Below are positions 1 to 8,851 of a stretch of DNA of 64,000 nucleotides, piece by piece. The stretch lies in the sequence record DRR723986_10959, one strand, 5' to 3'. The position numbers were made by a program, and so were the translations under genes. Below the pieces are notes generated by a model. It was given only the letters and a program-made list of their open reading frames with translations, was not told the origin of the DNA and made no database searches. Numbering within the stretch: position 1 is the stretch's first letter; every line of letters begins with the position of its first letter.

Positions 1-32
1 AAAATAGGGAGGTATACCTCCCTATTTTTTTT
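1..32 (+). terminator. Rho-independent terminator of an upstream (out-of-window) gene, possibly bidirectional
   Basis: Positions 1-28 (aaaatagggaggtatacctccctatttt) are a perfect palindrome that runs into a T tract. Confidence 0.8.
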
Positions 33-181
33 GTCAACCAATTACAATCATCCTCAAACTGGATTCCTCAAAAGAACAATAGTTATGCATACATAACCAA
101 AAGGATTGCCTTACCTAAATCGTATTAAATATAGTCGAATAAATTGCCCTAAAATTATTATCATTTTAGACCTATAATACG

Positions 182-189
182 TAGTTTTG
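182..189 (+). promoter_or_regulatory. Bacteroidota housekeeping sigma -7 element upstream of gap and the sterol operon
   Basis: TAGTTTTG matches TAnnTTTG, 15 bp before the gap ATG; no clear -33 TTTG. Confidence 0.55.
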
Positions 190-204
190 TGGTAAAATTT
201 ATAG

Positions 205-1197
205 ATGGCAATAAGAGTAGGAATAAACGGTTTCGGACGAATAGGCAGGTATTTTACAAGGATGGCCTTGAACAACAGCAATTTGCAGATTGTAGCAATC
301 AATGATTTAACAGATAATAAAACTCTTGCACATCTATTCAAATACGATTCTGTTCACCGCCAATTCAATGGTACTATTTCTACAACGGACTCTGAAATGA
401 TTTTGAATGGTCAGAAAATCAGTATGACCGCGGAGAGAGATCCAGAGAAAATTCCATGGAAAGACTTAAATGTTGACGTGGTATTAGAATCAACCGGAAT
501 TTTTAGAACAGAAGAATTGGCTTCAAAACACCTCAAAGCAGGAGCAAGAAAAGTCGTTTTATCCGCACCACCAAAGGATGGAGACATTAAATCAGTGGTT
601 CTTGGTGTAAATGATAATATCCTAGACGGAACAGAGAAGATCATCTCAAACGCCTCTTGCACAACTAACTCAGCCGCTCCTTTAGTAAAAGTGATGAAAT
701 CTTTAGGCAGCATAGAAAATGCCTACATTACGACTATCCACTCCTACACCTCTGATCAGAAACTGCATGATGCTCCCCATTCTGACTTAAGAAGAGCGAG
801 GGCAGCAGCAGAATCAATTGTCCCTACTACAACAGGAGCTGCAAAGGCTATTACCAAAATATTCCCTGAATTAGACGGACATATTGGAGGTTGCGGAATT
901 CGTGTACCAGTGCCTGACGGCTCGTTAACAGACATGACCTTCATAATGGATCATAATCTAACCGTTGAAGAAGTAAATGAGGCATTTAAGAAAGCCGCAG
1001 AAGGAGAATTAAAAGGAATTCTAAATTATATCACTGACCCAATAGTATCATCAGATATCATTGGTAGCCCCTATTCATCTACTTTTGATTCACAGCTAAC
1101 TTCAATTATAGGAAAAATGGTGAAAATAGTAGCTTGGTACGATAATGAAGCCGGATACTCGAACAGATGCGTTGATTTAATTGCAAAAATTGGATAG
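205..1197 (+). CDS. gap: Type I glyceraldehyde-3-phosphate dehydrogenase
   Basis: GINGFGRIGR Rossmann motif, NASCTTN catalytic Cys, WYDNE. Confidence 0.97.
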   Translation: MAIRVGINGFGRIGRYFTRMALNNSNLQIVAINDLTDNKTLAHLFKYDSVHRQFNGTISTTDSEMILNGQKISMTAERDPEKIPWKDLNVDVVLESTGIFRTEELASKHLKAGARKVVLSAPPKDGDIKSVVLGVNDNILDGTEKIISNASCTTNSAAPLVKVMKSLGSIENAYITTIHSYTSDQKLHDAPHSDLRRARAAAESIVPTTTGAAKAITKIFPELDGHIGGCGIRVPVPDGSLTDMTFIMDHNLTVEEVNEAFKKAAEGELKGILNYITDPIVSSDIIGSPYSSTFDSQLTSIIGKMVKIVAWYDNEAGYSNRCVDLIAKIG

Positions 1198-2307
1198 ATG
1201 ATAGCAAGACTTCTATACTATTCAAGCCACCCGCAAGAGGTTTCGTATTTGCTAAAAATGAAAAAAGAATTTAGCCAGTACAAACCGAGCGCAGAACGCT
1301 TAACTGAAATCTCAGGAAAAACGAGCGATAAGGAGTTTTGCTATGAAGCCCTTAAAAAAGTCTCTCGTTCTTTTGCTGTAGTTATTCAACAACTACCAAA
1401 AGAACTCCAAGATCCTGTTTGTTTATTCTATTTGATTTTAAGAGGATTAGATACCGTTGAAGACGATATGAGCATTGATCAAACCGAAAAAGAAAAAATG
1501 CTGATTTCTTTCGCTTCTAAAATCAATACTGAAAATTTCGTTTATCAAAACGTAGGAGACACTGTTGATTATCAAGATTTAATGCAACATTTTGACAAAG
1601 TTTGCAGAGAGTATAAAAAATTAGATTCCAACTATCAAAAAGTCATTACTGACATCACTGATCTTATGGCAGCCGGTATGAATAAGTATGCGCATACTGA
1701 AGTTGTAACTTACAAAGATTGGGACGACTATTGTCACTACGTGGCAGGATTAGTTGGTATAGGACTTAGTCAACTATTCATTAATTCTGGTTTAGAAAAA
1801 AGTGAATTATTGAAAGATCAATTTCTTTCAAACGAAATGGGACTTTTTCTACAAAAAACAAACATAATCAGAGACTTTGCGGAGGATCTAGATCAAGAAA
1901 GAGTGTTTTGGCCTGAAGAAGCCTGGAAAAATAGAGTTGCGGAATTAAAACAACTCCAAAAGCAACCTGAGAAAGGATTAGAGGTGCTGAATGAAATGAT
2001 TGTTAATGCAATTGAACACATTCCTAATTCATTAAAATATCTATCAGAATTAGAAAATATTCAAATTTTTAGATTCTGTGCAATCCCTCAATTGATGGCG
2101 GTTGCCACTTTAGCTGAACTATTCAATAACGAAGATGTTTTATACAAAAACGTTAAAATTAGGAAAGGTAAAACTGCTAAGTACTTCATGTCGATAAAAA
2201 GTTTTAAACAGACGAAAGCCGAATTCATTTCAGTACTTAAACCGTTGATAAACAAAGATGAATCAGGCAATATCAACAATATTCTTGAAAAAATAACGGA
2301 TGAATAA
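1198..2307 (+). CDS. sqs: Squalene synthase (farnesyl-diphosphate farnesyltransferase), eukaryote ERG9/FDFT1-like
   Basis: VSRSF flap, DTVEDD, YCHYVAGLVGIGL, MGLFLQKTNIIRD, FCAIPQ and VKIRKG are all conserved segments of eukaryotic SQS; no C-terminal TM anchor. Confidence 0.93.
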   Translation: MIARLLYYSSHPQEVSYLLKMKKEFSQYKPSAERLTEISGKTSDKEFCYEALKKVSRSFAVVIQQLPKELQDPVCLFYLILRGLDTVEDDMSIDQTEKEKMLISFASKINTENFVYQNVGDTVDYQDLMQHFDKVCREYKKLDSNYQKVITDITDLMAAGMNKYAHTEVVTYKDWDDYCHYVAGLVGIGLSQLFINSGLEKSELLKDQFLSNEMGLFLQKTNIIRDFAEDLDQERVFWPEEAWKNRVAELKQLQKQPEKGLEVLNEMIVNAIEHIPNSLKYLSELENIQIFRFCAIPQLMAVATLAELFNNEDVLYKNVKIRKGKTAKYFMSIKSFKQTKAEFISVLKPLINKDESGNINNILEKITDE

Positions 2308-3613
2308 GGATCAATACGATATCATTGTGGTAGGTGCAGGTGTCGCTGGTGGTGTATTCGCTCTATCCCAACCAAAACACCTAAAAATCCTTGTTGTAGA
2401 AAGAGATTTATCTGAACAAGAGCGTATCGTTGGAGAGTTAATGCAACCAGATGGATTAAGAGCATTAGCAGAAATGAATTTAGCGCATCTCACCGAAGGT
2501 ATTGATGCTCAAACAATTGAAGGTTATAAGTTGATTAAAAAAGATAAATCTTTTTGCATCAAATACGAAGAAATATCGAATGGCTTAAACGGAATCGGGT
2601 TGAGAAACGGCAAGTTTTTGAGCAAAATTCGAAAAGAATTATCCAGTTATGAAAACATTGATCTAGTAGAAGGAAATGTTATCGGATTAATCGAAGAAAA
2701 TAATCAAATCACTGGTATTCAATACACAAGTAACGACACTAATGTTAGTGTGAAATCACCTCTAACCGTTGTTTCTGATGGTCATGGTTCCTTGTTAAGA
2801 AGCAAATTAAGCAAACCCAACAAACAAGTAGAATCTTACTTTATGGGCCTTATTTTAGAAAATCTTGAACTGAAAGAACCTAGCCTCGGCCACATGATTG
2901 TTAGTGGTGACTCCCCTATCTTGGTTTACCCAATTAAGAGTAATTCCTACAGAATCTTAATTGACTATCCCGGTCAAAAACCACCAAGAATCGGCACTAA
3001 ATCCTTAGAGCAGTTCAAAACTGATGTAAGCAAACAACTCCCTGGGGAAATGGTAGATGCGTTCGTGAAGGCGCTTGAAGCTCAGCAAATTCAAGTAATG
3101 CCTAACCATAGGATGAAAGCCCAAGCCTTTAGAAAAAAAGGAGCTGTACTTCTTGGTGACTCTCTGAATATGAGACATCCTTTGACTGGAGGTGGGATGA
3201 CTGCAACCTTTAACGATATAATCACATTAAACAAAGTACTGAACTCAATTGATTTCTCAGATGAGAGTTTGACAGAAACAGCCATCAACCGTTACTACAA
3301 CACCAGAACACCGCAGGTTGAGACTATAAATATTCTTGCTAACGCCTTGTACAAGGTTTTTAGAGATGAAGACTTAAAAGATGCTTGTTTTGAATACTTA
3401 AATAAAGGAGGGGAAAAATCAACCGGTCCATTGTCAATTTTGGCTGGATTAAATAAAAACAAGAAATTTCTATTAAAACACTTTTTTAGGGTTGCCATTC
3501 AAAATCCTTTAAATTTTATTACGAAACCTAGAAAACAAATACGACTATATAAAAATGCTCTGGGAATAATCAAACCTTTATTGAAGGAAGAAGACCGCCC
3601 AGCAATGATATAA
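2300..3613 (+). CDS. sqe: Squalene epoxidase/monooxygenase (FAD-dependent), ERG1/SQLE-like
   Basis: VVGAGVAG, ERDLSEQERIVGELMQPDG, LLGDSLNMRHPLTGGGMT, INILANALY, HFFRVA. Confidence 0.93.
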   Translation: MNKDQYDIIVVGAGVAGGVFALSQPKHLKILVVERDLSEQERIVGELMQPDGLRALAEMNLAHLTEGIDAQTIEGYKLIKKDKSFCIKYEEISNGLNGIGLRNGKFLSKIRKELSSYENIDLVEGNVIGLIEENNQITGIQYTSNDTNVSVKSPLTVVSDGHGSLLRSKLSKPNKQVESYFMGLILENLELKEPSLGHMIVSGDSPILVYPIKSNSYRILIDYPGQKPPRIGTKSLEQFKTDVSKQLPGEMVDAFVKALEAQQIQVMPNHRMKAQAFRKKGAVLLGDSLNMRHPLTGGGMTATFNDIITLNKVLNSIDFSDESLTETAINRYYNTRTPQVETINILANALYKVFRDEDLKDACFEYLNKGGEKSTGPLSILAGLNKNKKFLLKHFFRVAIQNPLNFITKPRKQIRLYKNALGIIKPLLKEEDRPAMI

Positions 3614-4638
3614 TGGAAAATATTGAACACGAAACATTAAAAGACGCAGACGCAAGAAAACAAAGTCATCTCGACCTTGCTTTTCAGTCACAAAGCGCAG
3701 TACTTGACAAGCGATTCTATTACGAACCCATGCTGTCTGGACACCCTAAATTTGGGGAGAAAATGATCACTAAATGGGGTGAAAAGGAATTGGATTATCC
3801 TTTATGGATATCCAGCATGACAGGAGGCACTTCAAAAGCAGGACCAATCAATAAGATGCTTGCAAAAACCGCCAATAAATTCGGCTTAGGTATGGGACTT
3901 GGATCTTGTAGAATGATTATAGAAGACAATACTTATTTTGAAGACTTTAACCTACGTCCTATTCTTGGAGATAAAGTACCGTTCTATGCCAACGTGGGAA
4001 TTGCTCAAATTGAGAAATTACTCAATTTAAATCAAGCCAAGAAACTTACCGAACTCGTTAATAAATTAAGTGCTGACGGCCTAATTGTTCATGTCAACCC
4101 TTTACAAGAGTGGCTTCAACCTGAAGGTGATAGAATTGAACAATCTCCATTGGTGACCATTCAACAATTACTAAACGAGTTTGATAAACCAATTATCGTA
4201 AAAGAAGTAGGGCAAGGATTTGGACCAGCCAGCATGGGAGAATTGCTTAAACTTCCTTTACTAGCAGTAGATTTTGCTGCCAATGGCGGTACGAATTTTT
4301 CTAAACTTGAGTTAATTAGAAATAAAAAATTACAAAATCATTTTACTGATGTTGTATCTTTAGGACATAGCGCTGAAGAAATGGTAACATTTTTAAATGA
4401 TACCGTTGACAAACTAGGAGGCGCATTGAGATGCACGAACGTTATAATAAGTGGTGGTATCAAGAATTTTTTAGACGGCTACTACTGCATCAATAAATCA
4501 GATTTGAATTCAATTTACGGGCAAGCGGCACCTTTTTTAAAGTATGCCAATGAATCACAAGATGCACTAAACGAATTTGCAGAATTTCAAATCAACGGGC
4601 TACTAATGGCTCAAAGACTATTAAGAGTAAAGAAATGA
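3613..4638 (+). CDS. fni: Type 2 (FMN-dependent) isopentenyl-diphosphate delta-isomerase
   Basis: RKQSH, SSMTGG, HVNPLQE, VKEVGQG, GGTNF, SGGI. Confidence 0.92.
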   Translation: MENIEHETLKDADARKQSHLDLAFQSQSAVLDKRFYYEPMLSGHPKFGEKMITKWGEKELDYPLWISSMTGGTSKAGPINKMLAKTANKFGLGMGLGSCRMIIEDNTYFEDFNLRPILGDKVPFYANVGIAQIEKLLNLNQAKKLTELVNKLSADGLIVHVNPLQEWLQPEGDRIEQSPLVTIQQLLNEFDKPIIVKEVGQGFGPASMGELLKLPLLAVDFAANGGTNFSKLELIRNKKLQNHFTDVVSLGHSAEEMVTFLNDTVDKLGGALRCTNVIISGGIKNFLDGYYCINKSDLNSIYGQAAPFLKYANESQDALNEFAEFQINGLLMAQRLLRVKK

Positions 4639-5948
4639 ATAAATTAATAGAAGGATTTTCTAAAAAAAATAAAGAAGATAAAATTAAATCGATTGCGGCC
4701 TTTTTCAAGGACCCAGACGCAGCGGTTAACATATTTAAATCTTTCAATCATCCTGATGCTAAAATTCAGGAAATGATCAATGAATTCAGTGAAAACACTA
4801 TTTCAAATTTCCATTTACCCTACAGCATTGCCCCAAATTTTTTAATCAACGGAAAAACCAGGGCAATCCCAATGGTGATTGAAGAAAGTTCAGTGGTAGC
4901 AGCAGCTTCAAAGTCAGCTAAATTCTGGTATAACTTTGGAGGATTCAACGTAGAAGTAATTGATACTGAAAAGGTGGGTCAGGTGCATTTTCTTTGGAAT
5001 GATGACACTAGCTTATTGAAATCAAAATTCAACGAATTAAAAGCGCTTCTTATTTCAGGAACTGATGAGATAACCGAAAACATGAGAAATCGCGGTGGAG
5101 GTATCAAAGAAATCGTTTTAAAAGACTTATCAGACAAGGAACCTAACCTCATGCAGCTATACGCTACATTTGAGACAGTGGATTCTATGGGTGCAAATTT
5201 CGTAAATTCTTGTCTAGAGAAATTTGCGGATATTTTCAGAAGCTGGCACAAAGAGCAAGCTGAATTCAAAAATGATGGTTTGGAAATCATCATGTCAATT
5301 TTATCCAATTTAACACCTAATTGTATAGTTAAATGTTGGGTTGAAACAGATATTTCAAATTTAAAAGATATTGTTCCGGGAGTTTCAGGTGAAGAATTCG
5401 CTCGTAAATTCAGAACCGCAGTTCGAATTGCACAAGTTGACCCTTCAAGAGCAACGACACACAACAAAGGAATATACAATGGTGTTGATGCTGTGGTATT
5501 AGCTACCGGTAATGACTTTAGGGCTGTTGAAGCATGTGGTCATGCCTATGCCAGTATTAACGGATCTTACACTTCTCTCACAAATTGTGAAATTGAAAAT
5601 GGAAGGTTTAAGTTCACACTTACCCTACCCTTGGCACTCGGGGTTGTCGGTGGATTAACCAATTTACATCCCTTAGTAAAACTATCTCATGAGATTTTAG
5701 ATCACCCAACTGCGAAAGAATTAATGGGAATAGCCGCAGCTGCTGGTCTTGCAAATAATTTTGGCGCCGTAAAGTCTCTTACTACTACCGGAATTCAACA
5801 AGGTCATATGAAAATGCATCTTTTCAACATTATGAATCAGTTGGATGTTAAACCTGAAAGCAGAGATAAAGTTGTTGAGTATTTCAAAGAAAGAAATGTT
5901 TCTGTTTCGGCAGTAAGAAAATACGTTGAAGAATCAGAAATAGCTTAA
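4635..5948 (+). CDS. mvaA: Class II HMG-CoA reductase
   Basis: ENTIS, EESSVVAA, DSMGAN, THNKGIYNG, GNDFRA, GIQQGHMKMH. Confidence 0.94.
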   Translation: MNKLIEGFSKKNKEDKIKSIAAFFKDPDAAVNIFKSFNHPDAKIQEMINEFSENTISNFHLPYSIAPNFLINGKTRAIPMVIEESSVVAAASKSAKFWYNFGGFNVEVIDTEKVGQVHFLWNDDTSLLKSKFNELKALLISGTDEITENMRNRGGGIKEIVLKDLSDKEPNLMQLYATFETVDSMGANFVNSCLEKFADIFRSWHKEQAEFKNDGLEIIMSILSNLTPNCIVKCWVETDISNLKDIVPGVSGEEFARKFRTAVRIAQVDPSRATTHNKGIYNGVDAVVLATGNDFRAVEACGHAYASINGSYTSLTNCEIENGRFKFTLTLPLALGVVGGLTNLHPLVKLSHEILDHPTAKELMGIAAAAGLANNFGAVKSLTTTGIQQGHMKMHLFNIMNQLDVKPESRDKVVEYFKERNVSVSAVRKYVEESEIA

Positions 5949-6847
5949 TGACAGCTACCTTGTTAAATTTCGAAGCATCTTGTAAATTGATGCTTTTCGG
6001 CGAATACCTAGTTCTTGAAGGTGCTAAATCTTTAGCTTTTCCTTTAAAATTTGGGCAATCCCTCCAAATTGAGCCTTCAAGAGAAATTAGATGGACCAGC
6101 GAATCACCTGATGGTATTTGGTTCACTGCAGATTTCGATTCAACATTAAACATTATCAACACAAACAATGAAGAGGTCGCAAACATTTTAGCCAAACTCT
6201 TGAAGCTAATAAAATCATTAAAGCCCGACCTCAACATTAACAATGTTTTTCATGCTCAAGCTGACTTTAATCTTGCCTGGGGATTGGGTTCTAGTTCAAC
6301 TCTTATAAGCTTATTAAGTCAATGGTCTAAAATAGACCCTTTTCTATTGTTATCTGAATCTTTTGGAGGCTCTGGATATGACATTGCCTGTGCGACTGCC
6401 AAACGGCCGATCATCTTTCAAAAATCAGCTAATAAAAACAGTTGGAAAGAGATATCATTAAATCAAAACGTTACCGATCATTTTTTGTTTATTTATCTAG
6501 GTCAAAAACAAAATTCGAGAAGTGAAATTCAGAGATTTAAAAAGTCTAAAGTAAATTCAGCGCACATAAATGAAATGAATAATCTTGTAGATCAGTCGAT
6601 TAACTGTGAAAACATTGAAGAATTCGAAAGCTTATTGAATCAATCTGAAGAATTATTATCTCCAATAATTGGGAAGCAGAAACTAAAAGAACATATCTTT
6701 GCTGACTACGAATACAGCATCAAGTCTTTGGGTGCTTGGGGAGGAGATTTTTTTCTCGCCACCCATAGAAACATTGACGAAGCAAAGAAATATTTTACGA
6801 ACAGAGGCTTAACCACCATGTTCACTTATAAAGAAATGGTTAAATAA
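5948..6847 (+). CDS. GYDIA-type GHMP kinase, probable phosphomevalonate kinase
   Basis: KLMLFGEY, WGLGSSST, GGSGYDIACA, KSLGAWGGDF; position after HMGR in a mevalonate cluster. Substrate assignment is inferred. Confidence 0.75.
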   Translation: MTATLLNFEASCKLMLFGEYLVLEGAKSLAFPLKFGQSLQIEPSREIRWTSESPDGIWFTADFDSTLNIINTNNEEVANILAKLLKLIKSLKPDLNINNVFHAQADFNLAWGLGSSSTLISLLSQWSKIDPFLLLSESFGGSGYDIACATAKRPIIFQKSANKNSWKEISLNQNVTDHFLFIYLGQKQNSRSEIQRFKKSKVNSAHINEMNNLVDQSINCENIEEFESLLNQSEELLSPIIGKQKLKEHIFADYEYSIKSLGAWGGDFFLATHRNIDEAKKYFTNRGLTTMFTYKEMVK

Positions 6848-6848
6848 A

Positions 6849-7904
6849 ATGGAAAACACTACTCAGTCTAATACGATAACAAAAGTAAAATGGCGTTGTC
6901 CATCAAACATTGCAATTGTAAAATATTGGGGAAAAAAACCTATTCAAATACCTTGCAACTCATCTTTAAGCTTAACATTATCTAACTCTTATACCGAAGT
7001 AGAAGCTGAGCTAACGGAGAAAACTACCGATCAAAAGGTTGAGATGACTTATTATTTTGAAGGTGAGATTTCTGATTTATTTGGCAGAAAAGTAGCAAAG
7101 TATCTAGAAGACAACATAGAGTCCTTTCCATTTTTAAATGATTACGCGGTAACTATGCGATCAATGAATAGCTTTCCACATTCAGCTGGAATTGCATCTT
7201 CAGCTTCGGCATTTGGCGCTATTGCTCTTGCAATGCTCGACTTTTCTTATGCCTTTGCGAATAAAGAAAGAAATGACTCCTTCTTTCAAGAGGCATCTAA
7301 CTTAGCAAGGTTAGGATCTGGATCAGCTTGTAGAAGCATCTTCCCTTCTTATGCCATGTGGGGAGAAAATGACCAAATAGAAAACAGTTCGAACGAGAAG
7401 GCCATTGAGGTTACCGACATTCATCCGAACTTTCAAAATATGAAAGACGCTATTTTGATTGTAGAAGATGAACCTAAAAAAGTATCCAGTACTATTGGTC
7501 ACGGATTAATGAATAACCACCCCTATGCAGAAGCAAGATTTAATCAAGCAAACGAAAGAACTGCTAAACTTGTAGAGATACTTAAATCTGGTGATATTGA
7601 GTCATTTATACAGCTTAGCGAAAGCGAAGCTTTAACTCTTCACGCTATGATGATGACCTCTTCAGAATACTATTTATTGGTTAAACCAGGCACCATTCAA
7701 GCTATTGAGAAATTAATGCAATTTAGATTAGAATGTTTAGTTCCGGTTTGTTTCACATTGGACGCAGGCCCTAACCTACATGTTTTATATCCTGCTAAAT
7801 ATGCTGAAAAAGTGGAAGATTTTATCAACAATGAATTGACCGATACTTATAAGAAAGTTATCTTTGACCACGAAGGAAATGGCCCTACGAAATTGGAGGC
7901 CTAG
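6849..7904 (+). CDS. mvaD: Diphosphomevalonate decarboxylase
   Basis: PSNIAIVKYWGK, NSFPHSAGIASSAS, ARLGSGSACRS, FTLDAGPNLH. Confidence 0.92.
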   Translation: MENTTQSNTITKVKWRCPSNIAIVKYWGKKPIQIPCNSSLSLTLSNSYTEVEAELTEKTTDQKVEMTYYFEGEISDLFGRKVAKYLEDNIESFPFLNDYAVTMRSMNSFPHSAGIASSASAFGAIALAMLDFSYAFANKERNDSFFQEASNLARLGSGSACRSIFPSYAMWGENDQIENSSNEKAIEVTDIHPNFQNMKDAILIVEDEPKKVSSTIGHGLMNNHPYAEARFNQANERTAKLVEILKSGDIESFIQLSESEALTLHAMMMTSSEYYLLVKPGTIQAIEKLMQFRLECLVPVCFTLDAGPNLHVLYPAKYAEKVEDFINNELTDTYKKVIFDHEGNGPTKLEA

Positions 7905-7907
7905 GAA

Positions 7908-8849
7908 ATGGAAAAGTTCACATCAAAAGTTCTGATATTTGGCGAGTACAGCCTGCTTTACAACAGCATGGCACTCACTATGCCATACGATAAATTTTCA
8001 GGACAATTCGCCTTTACTGATCTAGAACATGACAACCAAAGTGCAAAACTCTCAAACAAAGGCTTAAGGCAACTGTGTTCACACATGCTTGAGAACCATA
8101 CAGATGAGACCTTTAAACTTAATGTCAATAAGTTTAAATCTGAACTAGATAAAGGCCTGTTTTTTGAAAGCAACATTCCTCAAGGTTTCGGGCTAGGAAG
8201 CTCTGGTGCCCTAGTTGCAGCGATATTCTTGAGATACTTAGAGAAAGCAGGTGATTTTAAAGATGGTTTAAAACATTTAACTAAAGAGAAGATTTGCTCT
8301 CTAAAAAGTTGTCTTGGTGGTTTAGAAGGCTATTTCCATGGAACAAGTTCAGGTATTGACCCTTTAAGCATTTTAATTAATCAACCGCTTTTACTGAAGT
8401 CTGCAACAGATATTTCTACAGTAGAAGTTCCAACTTATAATCCCAGCGGAAAACATGTTGTATTCCTTTTAAATACAAGACTTGCTAGAAATACCGACAA
8501 ATTAGTTGATCAATTCAAGGAAGCTTGTAAACGTCCTGAATTTAAAACTAAGCTTGAAAATGATCTTATTCAATTCACGAATGGTGGTATCAACAGTTTT
8601 TTAAGCTCTAATACAGAAGGACTATACAAAAACCTAGACAATTTGGTAAAATTTCAATTAAACGAAATGAATTACCTGATTCCTGAATCTTATCAGACCC
8701 TAGTTAAAAACGGGCTAGATTCTGGAAATTATTTCTTAAAAATTTGTGGATCTGGTGGCGGAGGATATATGCTCGGATTCACTAAGGAATGGGACAAAAC
8801 AAAAAAAGAATTAGAAAAAGAGGATATTGAAATCCTTTATAGATACTAA
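7908..8849 (+). CDS. mvk: Mevalonate kinase (GHMP family)
   Basis: KVLIFGEYS, SNIPQGFGLGSSGA, HGTSSGIDP, KICGSGGGG. Confidence 0.85.
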   Translation: MEKFTSKVLIFGEYSLLYNSMALTMPYDKFSGQFAFTDLEHDNQSAKLSNKGLRQLCSHMLENHTDETFKLNVNKFKSELDKGLFFESNIPQGFGLGSSGALVAAIFLRYLEKAGDFKDGLKHLTKEKICSLKSCLGGLEGYFHGTSSGIDPLSILINQPLLLKSATDISTVEVPTYNPSGKHVVFLLNTRLARNTDKLVDQFKEACKRPEFKTKLENDLIQFTNGGINSFLSSNTEGLYKNLDNLVKFQLNEMNYLIPESYQTLVKNGLDSGNYFLKICGSGGGGYMLGFTKEWDKTKKELEKEDIEILYRY

Positions 8850-8851
8850 AT

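Noticed and set aside
1198-2307. Phytoene synthase / carotenoid cluster
   Set aside because: The motifs match squalene synthase, and no crtI/crtY genes are present.
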